This document shows, one piece after another, positions 12,400 to 25,361 of a DNA stretch of 64,000 nucleotides (positions are counted from its first letter, which is position 1; each line of letters opens with the position of its first letter). This DNA is from Monocercomonoides exilis PA203 (taxonomy: Eukaryota; Protista; Preaxostyla), in contig LSRY02000042.1 in assembly GCA_001643675.2 (NCBI GenBank), forward strand, positions 682,001-746,000, given 5' to 3'. A program made the position numbers and the translations under genes. The notes beneath the pieces are model-generated. The model was given only the letters and a program-made list of their open reading frames with translations, ran no database searches and was not told the DNA's origin.

Positions 12400-12880
12400 A
12401 CACGTATTAATAATAATTCAGAAGAAAACCATCCATCAAGCAAAATATAGCATTCGCAAAGATCTATCAGAAGCTTTTCATCCTTTCCTTCTGTTTTCTC
12501 ATTTTCAATAATTATCTTCCTCTCAAATCTTTTCTTCAAGGAAGTGTCTGTAAATATTGAATGCCGTGTTGTTTTTATTGCATTTTCGTACCCAACATGT
12601 TTCAGCAAATCAAGCGCTTTTTCAAATGGATATTTGTTTTTCAAAATCAATTCATAATTTTCATCAAATTCTTCTTTCGAGAAAAATGGCTCACTCTTTC
12701 TTTACCCATTTTTTCCAGCATTCCGTTCATTTCTTCTTTCATCAGTCTTTCCTCTTCTTCTGCAAAATCAAATTCAGGAAACATATCTTTTTTTTTTTGG
12801 AATAAAAAAAAAATTATTAATTGGAACCTCCACTCCTTCAAGTGAATTCAAACGCACACACCAAAAAATTGTTCAATGCC
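12400..12880 (-). pseudogene. Expanded family, copy 5: frameshifted 5' fragment
   Basis: ORFs 12647..12841 and 12315..12650 carry EEMNGMLEKM, ALDLLKHVGY and KDEKLLIDLCECYILL in different frames. Similarity stops at ~12400 and there is no exon 3. Confidence 0.75.
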
Positions 12881-13699
12881 AGCATTTTCCTGTCCTTGTG
12901 CAGAATCATCACAACCAATAAATGTCCATATTTTGTCATTCACACAAACACAAAGATACAAAATGATGAGAAAATTGATGAAAATAAAAACTCGTTGAAA
13001 TCCAGAAACAACATCATTGATACCATTCCTCCTATTTTTCTTGGAAGAAAATACGGATTTGTGCTTTTGAAGGCTTCACAAAAATGATCTGATTGCATTA
13101 TTTTTTAAATATGAAATTTGTTTGGTTTGTGTGTTTTCATTTCTTCTTTTTCTCAAAAAATGCATTGGCCATTTTTGGAGATTTCAAAGCAGTTGAATTT
13201 GGAAAAAATACAGATAACAACTTCGTTGTTTGATGAATCGAACATCAAAAGAAGAAAATCAAAACTTTTTTTATTTTGACCGAAGGAAAAGTTTTGAAAA
13301 TAACATTTGATTTCTTTTCATAACAATGGGGCAATCATTTGTAAAGAATTCAACTTGAAATCATATGTTTGAGTTTTCAAGAGATGAAAAACTCAAAAAT
13401 GAAGAATAATCCTAATTGATTTGTAACAAGGCATTCAGGGAAGTGACACTGATTGAGATGCTTTTTTGCTGAGAAAATGGTTAACGAAATGAAAAGCATG
13501 ATAATTGTTACAAATGAGAAGAGAAAAGGAAATCACTCAATTCTTTGTGTTAGAGAATTATTTTCTCACAAGGATTGGACAATCTTCTTCTTTGTGCAAT
13601 AAAAATGACAGCTTTGAAGTTTACGTATAAATGACAAAAAAGGAAATGCATTTTTTCTTTATTGATCAAAAACCGAGAGATAATCTACCAGTTCAACAT

Positions 13700-15100
13700 T
13701 AGACCAGTTGCTGATGAGCTGCGTTGATCTTTATGAGCAGAGATATTTTGTTTCTCATTTTCATTTTCAGACGTGTTTCAGTCTGAATGTGAAAGGAGAG
13801 AATCACTCGACTTTTTAACTTCTTCAGAAGCAAGCTGAAGATCAGACAAAAAGAAGATTATTGTTTTCATTGCATTAATCATTCATTAAAGTTCAACTTC
13901 AATGTTCTTCTTCAGGATTTTTTTCATTAATTGGTGGTATTTTCCAAATGTTTTCTGTTTTTCAACGTCACTCACCCACAAAGGCATATGTGTTGCTGTG
14001 TTCCTCAGAAATCAGACATCTTTTGTTGCAAACAGTTTCTCCCACTTTTCAAATGCCTATCGCTGTCCAATGTTAAAAAACTTGAAAATGTGTTCATCTC
14101 TTTTTTCACACATGATTATCATCATTTCACTTGAAAAGAATGAGGCAATTCTCTCAGAAACTTCCAGACGGTCAGAGGAACTTGGAGCGATCAAAAAAGA
14201 AGAAGAAACAATATGTTTGATAGATGTTTTTGGAAGAAAAGATGCAAGTGAACTTTCTTTCATTGGAACCAACGTTGATAATGCTTTATTGAATAATCAA
14301 CAAATTCATTCGTATTTCCTTTTCTGTAGTTATTTTGAGTTGCTGTTTTCTTGATGACAATTCGTGGAAAAGAGATTGGAGAAGCTCGAAAAAGAATTGT
14401 TTTGGAGTGAACGAAGACCAATTGACTTCGACTGATCTGTGGTGATTCTCTCTCTTTTCTGAAGAAGATAAAGCAATCAAATGATAATCAAATGTGAGGA
14501 ACAGAACAGGGAAAGCTTGTTCATTTGCAAAATTGTTATGAATGTGGTAAGAGTCATCGAAATGAAAGAAGAAAGAAGAAATGCGTGTTAAATGGATGTT
14601 CGCCTTTTCTTGCCAGATCATTTTTGTAAAAAAAAGCAACCATCTTCACATTTATCATCGTTTGATACTTTTTCTTCAAGAGCTTTCAACAACCTTCCAC
14701 TTCCTTGTTCTCTTCCTATTGAATAATCAGAAACTCTATCTGACGAATGAAGGACGATTGCACATGTTGGAAGTGCTTCCAACAAATGGACAAGTTTCAA
14801 AAATCCTTGAAAGCACTGGAATAATCCTTGCAGTTTCAATTGATAACGAAGATTTCAGTGTCATGTTTGAATAAAACATTCATTTATTCTAACAATGTCA
14901 AATACACTCCATTGAATGAAACACTTTCACTTCTTTTTTGGAGCATGTCACATCTTGAACAACGTTTGCTTTTTGAAATCACTCCTTTCATGAGAAACAA
15001 CTTCTTTTATTGTCTCTGTCATTTCCTTTGAAAAACAAACTTTTTTGTTTGAATTGGTTCCTTCTCCTTCTTCTTCACTTTCTTTTTCCATTTTGGTTCA
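13700..15100 (-). pseudogene. Possible decayed coding sequence of unknown family
   Basis: Higher GC and complexity than the flanking intergenic DNA, with short protein-like ORF pieces (e.g. 14057..14272). No recognisable motif and strand uncertain. Confidence 0.25.
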
Positions 15101-15559
15101 ATCTCTTCATCTTCCATTTATTTGTTTTCTTTTTCTCTTTTTTGAATCCTTTTGGCATTTGATAATAACATTCATTTCAACAGACAATACTTATTATCAA
15201 AATATGTTTTGTTGAAAAAAAATATAGTAATTTTTTATAATCTGGATTAAAAATCATTACAGAATGTGTTGTTCTTCACATCCACTTTCCTTCACTGTTG
15301 AGATTAAATAACAATGAATGTTTCCAAATACTTTTTGATCACTTTCATCCTATAATAACAAAAGAGTGATATAGAAATATTTGTTTTTGGAGCATTGCTT
15401 TTGAAAGAAGCATGCAATCAGAAGCACAACAAGTATCTTTCTGTTTTTTGAATTGATTGCGATATTTTTTTCCTGTTTTTTTCTCAATAAAATAATGTTG
15501 CTTTTTAATAAAACCGAATTCATCTTGTTTTTGTTGATGAAACGAAGGTGGGAGGCGAG

Positions 15560-16993
15560 ATGACTTTTGCAGAAAGGTTTTCGGGTTTGCTCTTATTGGA
15601 CTTTTTTATTTCTTTGTTGAAATAGAACAAAATAATCTTTTTTGCATTGAAAAAATCTGATGGTCGTCAATTGAACAAAGAAATGTTTTCGCAATTGAAA
15701 AATTGTTCAGCGGAAGAGCAAATGCATGTGATTGAAGAAATGATCGTATTGACTGAAAAAGCGGAAGTTGAAAGAGAAGAACCAATTTTGACAGATGAAT
15801 TTTTCAAAGAAATGGACAAGATGGTGGAAGAAAATACTATGCCAATGGAAAATGCGCTATTGTTGCTGAAGCACATGGGGTATTATAAAATGCTGACAGA
15901 ATTATGTTGTAATGGATTTTGCTATTCTTTTCTTCAGAAAAGAGTTGAGAGAATGATTGATGAAGAAGAGAAGAAAAAAGAGGAGAAGAATGAACAGCTG
16001 CTGATTGATCTTTGCGAAAGCTATCTTTTGCTTTTTGACATTATCATTTCTGAAAAAATGATTATATTGTGCGTGCCCTTTCTTCTGAAAGTTGTGTTGA
16101 AGAAAGAGGAAAACGAGGAGACTCAAAAAGAAGTTGAAATGGCTTTGTTGGCACTGAGCAACATCAGCAAATTTAATGTGTGAACACTTCTGCTTCCTTT
16201 TTCATGCAATCGTTTGTTTCTTAATTTTTTTGATAAGAAAATGGAAAAAGACTTGTATTTGAACGAGATTACGGAAATCATCGAATATCATCAGGAGCAT
16301 TGCCATCTGACGCATCTGGCTTATCAGTCAGCTTGGAGGTTTTTGGTTTGCAGGTTCCTGGATGAAAAAGGATTGGAAGATCTTATTGTGAATGAGCTTC
16401 ATTTTGCGGGAGAGGCAGCAAGAGAGCTGGAAGAACAGGCAAAAATTGTGGATTGGAAGAAAAAGAAAATGGCGAAAGAAGAATGGTTCATTTTCAACGG
16501 ATGGATTGATTCTGTGTCTGATTATTGTTTCTTTCAGTTGGAGGGGAAAATAGATTCTGCTGCATTGGTTGAATGTTTGTGTCGAATCCACAGACTGGCA
16601 CAAGCAAATTACAGTGAAATAAGCATCAAGTGCATCAGAGATTTTCATTCAATGCTTTTCAAAAACGTTGCAAGTGTGGATGAATTGGTGAAAGGCGGAG
16701 CTATTGATGCTGCTTTGGAGGCTGCATTTCAGCCAACAGCTGGATATTACTCAATGGAAATGAACATCAAATTCTTTCGTCTCTTTTCGTCTGGGCCGAG
16801 CACACAACCGGATGGGAACGAACATTGGAGCACAGGCGAAATGAAGGTGAACAAAAGAAGGCTATTTGAAAAACTGGAAGAGGAAGGATATGAAGACTTT
16901 ATTGTCAGCTGCAATTACATGCTTCTTCAGCTCAATGACAGCTATGGAGAGTATTTTTCAAGAAATCCTTCTGATTATTGTGTGGCTTGCTGA
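15560..16993 (+). CDS. Expanded helical/ARM-like family member, copy 6 (intact, 3 exons)
   Basis: Exons 15560-15584 (MTFAERFS), 15681-16177 and 16238-16993, with frame-preserving GT-AG introns. Motifs LLIDLCESY, ETQKEVEMALLALS, YHQEHCHLTHLAYQSAW, EKLEEEGYED. Confidence 0.85.
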
Positions 16994-18119
16994 TGTTCTG
17001 AAGCACGTGTTTTATTTCTTGTCAATCTTGCTTTCTTTCATTTCTCCTTCTTCATTTTGTCTGCCCTCAAAAAAGAATAAGGTCAGAAAATGCTGAGATA
17101 AAACATTCAGTTGTTTTGCATAATTCGTTGGGCAGTGTTGTTGTTTGACCATTTTGCCGAATCAACATTTTCTGCACAGGATCAGAAATGTGTTTGTTCC
17201 TGATTTTTGTCTCTTTTGTTGTGATAAATATGCATTTTCATGATTTATTTATTTTGTCATTGAAGCATGAACATTATGCAAAAGTGGTTTTTTCTTTTCT
17301 TTTTTTCAACAAGCTCTTGATTTTTTTTATCTTTTTATCGATCAAGGGCATGCCCGTATTCACGCGAGCATGCTGAGTTGAAGATTTCTCATGAAGTTAT
17401 TTCCAACAAGTACCTCTTTTCTTTATTTCTTATCGTAAAATAACATTAAAAACTCTTTTCATCCAAGAACTAGCTGCTTACGAACTTTCTGAAAAATGAA
17501 ATATCTTTTGAATATTCGACTTTTCAGCAATTTCATATGATAATAAAAGCTGAAGTTTGTTTTATGAATTTTTGAATCGTTGAATATGAAGTGGACCACA
17601 CAGAAGGATGCTTGCTCAGTTTAATGAACAACAGGTAATTTCTGATTGCAGCTTCAATAAAAAAAATGTTCATTGAAGTGATGCATGAGAGAAAAGGGAA
17701 ACTTGCTTTTCTGGGTTTCATTCAGAGTTTTTGAGTTACCAAAAGTGAAGCAAGTATTTTTTTTCTTGTTTGAGTGATGATCTTGGAAGTTGTCATAAAT
17801 GTTGCTCATCAAGCAATCATTATTTTCTGAAACAGGTTTTTTGTCAAATATTTTGTAATCGAAAGGATTTTTCTTTTTTTCAAGAGAATGTTATTCCGTT
17901 CATTTTTTGATTTTTCTCCTTTTTATCTCCATTCTCTTGCTCGCCAAAACAATCCAAAACGCAAACGTTCATAATAATATGCAAATATATTAATGGAGTT
18001 TTATCTTGTTATGGAAACGGAAAGTTTCTTGCAAAGCTATTGTGGGTTTCATTTTGATCTTTTCAGTATTTTTCTCGCAAAAAGGCTCGCAAGTTTTCGC
18101 TTCGAAAGCAGATAAAGAA

Positions 18120-21100
18120 ATGAAAGACGACATCAAATCGAGGAGTTCAATTTCAAGCGGAATGTCAATTGGCTATTCCCAATCTGAAGGACTGAACAAA
18201 CTCGAAACAATTCTGTTCTCCATTTTTTCGCCACTTTACGATCAGCCAAAACACACAAGCAGGAAATGGGAAATATTCGTTTGGACAGTGACAATGCTCC
18301 AGATGATGACGATCAGCCTTTTTCGAATTGACATTCCTGCACAATCAGTGAACCATTTTTCTTATGTATGAATTTTTTTTTCAAATAATTAGAAAAAATT
18401 AATTTTTTGAAAAATATTTATTATGCTATTTTTTTTTTATTTGCTCCTTTGGATGGCTTGTTTTTTTTGAATTTTTGAATGAAAATGTTTCAGTATATGT
18501 GCTTTCTGGACGGGACATCGATTGGGTTAGTAGCAGGAAAAATGAATTCGTATGTGATTATGGGATGTTCAGGATATCTGATCTTGCTTGATTCGTATCT
18601 GCTGGTTGTGGCTGCTTTTCAGGGCGTTATTGCTGGGACGCAGCCGTGGGTAATATCGTTTTTGCGATGGATAACACATTTGACATTTACCATTTTATTT
18701 ATTCCGTTTATTTCTTTGTGTATCACTGGTTTTGATTGTTATCACTCGGGAAAGCAAATGCTTCATCGAGGATATGAGGGTGTTTGTCTGGGTGATTTGC
18801 TTTCGATTTTGGGGTTTTGTTTTGGAATAGTCACAGTTTTTTATTTGTTGTTGATGTGTTTCATGGTGAACAATATGATTTTCAATAACAATCAGAAATA
18901 TGGAGGATTGATGTCGTCGTCGAGCGGGCTATGGAAGGGAGTGGATTCGTGCATTGTTTTTGGGTGTGTGTTTGCGATGAGGATGCTGTATGGGTGGCCG
19001 TTCTGGCGAGGAGCTGTGACGATTGGCTCGTCTCTGGCGATGGCCGTGTATTTTGTGTGTGTCCAGCCGATATACAAGCTGGAGGGGAATCTGCTCATGG
19101 GCGCGAAATGGTGCATGTTTGGGTGCTTGAGGCTGTTTGGTGAAGTTGGATATGCAGTTGAAAGGGCAACACGCAACTGGATTGGCACAGTTGTGTTTCA
19201 AGCGGTTGGGTTGATTGGTGGAATTGTTGTGTGCGCAGTGGTGTTGCCTACGATAGGCCGAAAAACGAGAGAGAAAAAGTATCTTTTGTTGGCTTTTGGG
19301 AGTCAGGTTTCTGAGACTAGCAGCGATAATCCGTCTTTACCTTTGACTTTGCCTTCGCTGAAAAGGCCCGAAAGAATCGAGTCATCGCTGCGATTTGTGC
19401 AAAAGGAGGAGTATCAGACGATGGCGCATCTGACGTTTGCAGATTATGTGTACACACAGGGGCTGAAGACGAACAAGAGCAGCAGCATGCTGTGCTTCCA
19501 GTATGCGTCGTTTCTGTCGGCATATCGGAAAAACCACATGAAAGCGAGCATGCTCATTCGGAAGGCGCGGACGCTGTCTCCGAGTCTGTTTCTGAGCTTT
19601 GTGCTGTTCTGCAAGGCGAAGGAGAACGGCGGGAGAGCGGGCGGAGAGAACAGCCAGAACGGAGCCAGCGAACTGAATTCGTTTGCCTTCACTTCTCTTT
19701 TGGCAAAAGCGGAAAAGCACCACGAGATGGCTGTGAGTGCGATGAAGGACTTTTTCGAGAACGTGACGGCAATCCAGCCAGACTACAAGTCGATTCCAGT
19801 TCATCTGAATTTGATTGTGAAGAATGAAGAAATTGCCCGAAAGAGCTATGAGGAGCTGATATCATCTCACGGGCAGAACACAGCGGTGCTGCGGAGCTAT
19901 GCACGCCTGCTGCTGGACATCTACAACGACGAGGACGAGGCAGAGATGATTTTGAACAGAGCGGATCGGATTGAGGAGGAGTCTACTTCCGTCAGCGAGA
20001 CGACAATGACACAGACACACACAGCAGCCACAACATCGACTGACACGCTTCCAGATTTCCCGCTGGGTGCAGTTGATACAGAATACATGGGCAGCAAGAA
20101 AAGCGAGAGAAGCAAGAAAACAGGAGCTGAAGGTGAGGCCAACACCGAATGTGAATCTCATTCTGTTCGTGTTGCGATGCACAGGAGATTTGAGGTGCAG
20201 ACTGGGAGAGGAGACGAAAGAACAAGCACACAAAGAGGGTTGGAAGGCAAATTGGGAGCAAGCCAATCATTGTCTGAAATGGCGAATTTGGAGAGAAGCG
20301 AGGCGCAACTGCAGAAAGCGCTGAATGACACAGAAAAGAACAAAAGAGAGAGCGAAAGGAAGAGGAAGAGTGAGAGGAAGAAGAAGAAGAAGAAGAAGAA
20401 GAGGAAAGACATGATGATTATTGATCTGATGATGGGAGGGCGCAACAAGAGCATGAGTGGAGGCGCCGGGCTGGGGATAATGAAGTGTGCGGTGGTGTCT
20501 CTGCATCTGGTGGGGATAGCAGCGCTGGCGGTGGGGCTGGTTGTGTATGTGGTGATGTCGAATGCGTATCAGAACAACCTGGACACGCTGCGGAATGTGT
20601 GCGACTTGTCGTACCACACAGCGCGGTCGGCGGCAATCGGGTACAACTTCTTTGTGTACGACGTGAAGTACAAGTTTGCGAATCAGACGGTTGTGGATGA
20701 GTGGATGACGACGATGGTGCGCAAGGCGCAGCTGCTGGAGATGCTGCGGGAGACATCGGAGAGCCTGGCGTCGATGCTGGGGAGGGTGCATGAGACGACG
20801 TCGAACATGGATCCGTGGGAGACGGCAGACGTGGACACGTATGTGTTCATATTCACAACGAAGAACGAGACGCAGGCAGACGGGAGCACAGAGGAGGTGG
20901 TGGACACGAAAAAGCAGATCCTCCACCCGACGTCGATGATCGACATCCTGTCGACGCTGTCGCAGATGATCCACCACCTCTCGATTTCAGACATGGCCGC
21001 CCGCCCGGAGTATCCAGACTATCTGCCGAGCATGCAGTATTTGGTGTTCAACTGCCCTGTGCCGATCTTGGACGGGGCGAAACGGGTGATCATGTCGTAT

Positions 21101-24037
21101 TTCGAGCTGATGAACACAGACTGCGACAAGATCGTTGCAGTATTTGTGCTGATCATCGTGCTGTTCCTGGGTCCTCTGACAGCTGGGCAGCTAGTGATGT
21201 TTGTGAAGGTGACGAAGACAGCAGTGGAGAACAGGGAAAGAGCGCTGCATGCGATGCTGGATGTTCCGAAGAACAAGATGCAGAGTGTGATCCGGCGGCT
21301 GCTGAGGGCCGACGATGTTGATTCGGAGGATTGTTTTTCTGTGACAGCGTTGCTTCGGGAGAACGAGGACTCGAAACGTTCAGAAAGCTGTGGGAGCAAC
21401 CGAGACGAGCAGTGGGAGGAGGCTGGGTCGCTGCTTTTGGAGGAAGGGAAGGACGAGAGCATGCAGTGTTCGCATCGAAAGAGAAGCAAGCAGTGTTCTG
21501 TTCAGCCTCTCCATCTGGCTGAGGAGAAGCTTACAGACAGCAGCAGCAGCAGTGCAAGTTCATTGCCTGGAGTGCAGATGATGAATACATCACAGCAGCA
21601 GAAGGAGAAATGTCTGCCTGTGTTGAGCTTATCTGAAGGAGAGCTTGGAGTGACTGGATCGTCACCTTCGATGCTTCCTGGGGCAGAACCAATGGATGAG
21701 TCCAACATAGACACCTCGCCTTCGTATTCTTCTTCGAAATCGCTTTTTGGAGAGCAGACTTCGACAGCACTGACTTTTGGTGCATCGCATTTTGTGTCTC
21801 CGAGAATGGGCGAAGAGAGTGCGAAAGGCACACAGAAATATGAACCTCATTTTGAATCTCCAAAATCACCCAGATCGATGCCATCAGATATTATGCATTC
21901 TTTGAGCAAGTCGAAAAGTGGGTGTGATGGGGCAACAGGGGAGCTTCCTTCATATCTGTCGAGAAACGATGCTCTGCTTGTGGAGCATCAGAATTTCAAG
22001 ACAAGTGTCAATGGAAATGTTGGCCAGGAGATGGGATTTGAGAAGAGCGCAGAAGAAGAAGGCATTCTCACAGCTGACATCAAAAAGCTGACAAGCATTG
22101 GAAGTGCATTGAAGTCTCAGCCGGTGCCTTTGTTTGATGGTCGTGGATATTCACTGCTTCCGATGCGCAAGCAGCATATGAACACAAACAGCCAGGGAGT
22201 TGATCTGACCAGCGATGCACAGTCGATTCAGTTTCTTCCTGCTCTTTCGACTGGAAGCAGGTATTCAAATGGCTGTGGTATTGGAAGCACCAATGTTGAT
22301 GGGAATGGAAGTCAGTTTCATTCCGCTGCGTCTGCAAACGGGTTGTTCTCCACTCAATCTTCGAGCATGGAATATGAAAACAGCCCTGCTTTCAGCACGA
22401 TGCAGCTGTTGTCTCCGGCAGCATCGCCTGTTCTGTTCCGTCAGAGCCAAATGTCTTCGAATGAGCAAAGTGGGCTGCTTCCAGAAACAGTGCCTTTGGC
22501 TCCAGCTCAGCCAGTGATAGTGGCTTATTCAAAAGCAGAACATGTTCATCGGAGCAGCAACGAGCATCTTGCTCAGAAAGCGCAAGTTCAGCTCAAAGGA
22601 ATGTCAGAAGCTAAATACAGTTTGGATGAGGAAGACACTGAAGAAGCAGAGAAGAGCAGGCAGATGGGACTGATAAGAAATGCCGTTGAGGATGCAGCTT
22701 GGGAAGAAGGAATGGAAAAGGAGATGGAAAAACTGGAAGCAGCATACAAGCAGCTGCCGAGTCCTGTCACACCAACGATTCTTGTCACCACAGTTCTTTC
22801 AGCAGTGCTTGGTGTTGTGACAATTGGAACAACGATTGCGTTGGTGTGCATTTTTGTGAACAGTTTCAAACCTACCTCTGCGAACATCATCCTGTCTGGG
22901 ATGCGTGCATCGATATTGTTCCAGATCCAGTATCTGCTGCTGACTGTGCTTCAGCCGCTGGCTCTGCTGAAGACAGACCAGTCCGTCACGTTTGCCACAT
23001 CGCACAATCCCATTTTGAACAGCTCTTCGCACTGCTCAGGCTCACCGGCTGTTTCCCGCGACTTGCTTGTTCCGATGTCGCGCTATTTCGAAGCGGTGCA
23101 TCTGGGCTGCCATTTTGGCGATTCGAAGTATTCGCACTCGGGAGACTACACATACGACTCGGTGTCTGTGAAGCGGATGAACACTGCCATCAACCGTGAT
23201 ATGCTTCTGAAGGAGGCGAAGTGCTATCTAGCTGACTCTGACGACTGCTCGGAGGCTGACCCCTTTCGGATGTACGGGGTGAAAGGAACGATATACGGGC
23301 TGACGACGCTGCTGGCGCGGCTGAGAGTGAATCTGGAGAGGATCTCGAAGATGGATGTTGAGGATGTGAATGTGATGAATGCTGATGCGCGCTTTGCTCT
23401 GACAGCGCTGAGGAGCGACATTGTGGCTGGGATGAACAAGATGACGAACATGATTCTGGCGACAGGGAAGGAGGAGGTGCAGGAGTCGATAACGATCCTG
23501 ACGGTTGCTGTGGTGTGCTTCTGTGTGCTGTATTTTGTGTCGATGTTTGGCAACGGGATGAGGTGGATCGGAGAGATTGGGTTTGTGGAGAATGTGTCGA
23601 GCAAGCTGTTTGAGCTGCTGCCGACTAGAGAAGGCGAGAAAGAGGTTGAGTTTCTGCAATCGATGGCGACAGGGCAGGGCTCGTTTGACAGAGGAAGAGA
23701 GGCTGTTATGGATGCGGTGCAGCAGCTGCTTGTGTGTGTGAAGCAGAACGAGCATTTTGAGCTGGTGACTTCGGCGTTTTACCAGCTGACGTCGACTGTG
23801 GAGAAGGTGTTTGGGGAGGAGGAAAAGGAGATGGCTGAGAGGAGCTATGTTGGGGCAGAGAAGCATCAGAAGGAGCACACACTGATCAGACAGAGGCTGA
23901 CGCTGATTGGAGACCAGCTGCGCTCAAAGAACGAGGTGGCGAAAGCAGTCGGGAGGAGAAAGCTTTCTTCGCTGTTTGACATCCACTTCAGTGACGAGGA
24001 CATCACGTTTGCTGAGGCTGCATTTGGGCTGAATTAG
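18120..24037 (+). CDS. ~1930-aa multi-pass membrane protein, TmcB/TmcC (tiny macrocysts)-like, with C-terminal hemerythrin-like domain
   Basis: Exons 18120-18365 and 18494-24037. An N-terminal bundle of hydrophobic helices is followed by a TPR-like region (YEELISSHGQNTAVLRSYARLLLDIYNDEDEAEMILNRADRIE) typical of TmcB-like proteins, then two TM-ectodomain-TM modules separated by a Ser-rich disordered linker. The last ~125 aa follow the hemerythrin pattern (TG..FD, F.EEE..M....Y....HxxxH, HxxxxD). Confidence 0.85.
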
Positions 24038-25361
24038 AATCATTGCAGCAGCAATAGCAATCATTATAGAATTAATTAAATGAAAATGCTGATAGCAGCA
24101 GGTGGGAGGGGGTTAGAATATGTGATAGAATATGTAGCTTGTCTGTATGCATGAGGTATTTTTTATTTTCACTGAAGTTTATTACAAAAAAGGTGATTGC
24201 ATAGTTGCATTGGAGACTTAATGTGAAAACATTTATTGAACATGCATTGTTTTCTTTTCTTTTATATTATTATCTTGTGAACTTCTTTTATTTGCAATTA
24301 TTATGTCTCCTTCATCATTATCTTCATTTTGTTGGGATGTTTCATCGTCTTAATTTTGAATCAACCATTTCTTTTTTTTTTTTCTTTCATTATTTCTCTT
24401 TTCTAATTGGATGCATATGCTTTTTTGTCAGCGTAAGCACCTATTTTTGCGAAATTTTTATTTCTTTTTTATAAGTCATATGGATGTTGATATGTTTGAT
24501 GTTGAAATTTATTAGTGTGTTGTTTGCGTGGAGTTGTGTCAAATTTTGATATTTCTCAACACCCAATCATTCTTGATCTGTGTTTCTTTTCATTTCTTTG
24601 AAAAATGATACTCAGATTGTATATTTAGCTCATTTGCTTTCTGACTCCAGCTTTCAGCTATTTTTCTTTCATATTTTTGTGAAATTATTTTTGCTGTTTG
24701 AAAAAAGTCAGTTTTTTATTTTCCATATTAATTTGATTTCAAAGTTTAACTGATGAAATGCATGCAACATAAATGTTGTTTTTATTGTTTAATCATGTGG
24801 TTTATATTTTTGTTTTTTTAAAAGTCCTCTGAATTTTTTTTTTTTTTTATTGTTTTGTTTTGTTTTTATTTCCCTGTTGAAATGAATGTTCAACTTGAAT
24901 GTTTTGATTTGGAAGAGAAAAATGAAAAATGTCTCCAAATCCTTTTTTTCATTTTGATTGAATTTTATTTTCATTACGTAAGTTTTCAGATTTGTTCATT
25001 TTAAAGTTTTGATTATTTTTTACACGCAATTGATGGCTGATATACCAACAATAAAAAAACAAAATTGTCCATGTGTGCATCACTATTTTTGTAATTGCTT
25101 TGATTCACTCTTGACTTTGGAGGTTTGTGTGAGATTGCACAAACATAGAAATGAGAAATGAATCATTTATTCATTTTCACATTGAAAATCAAAAAATTGT
25201 AATTTTTTCATTATTATTTTTTTGGTTTGATAAAAATTAAAGTCATTAATTTATCAGCACCTTTTTTTATGCATTTTGCATTTTGTATTTTGCGAAATGA
25301 TGAAGAAAGAAAAAGACAAATAAAAATAAAAGGAAACAAAAATCAAATTCATTTCATTTCC

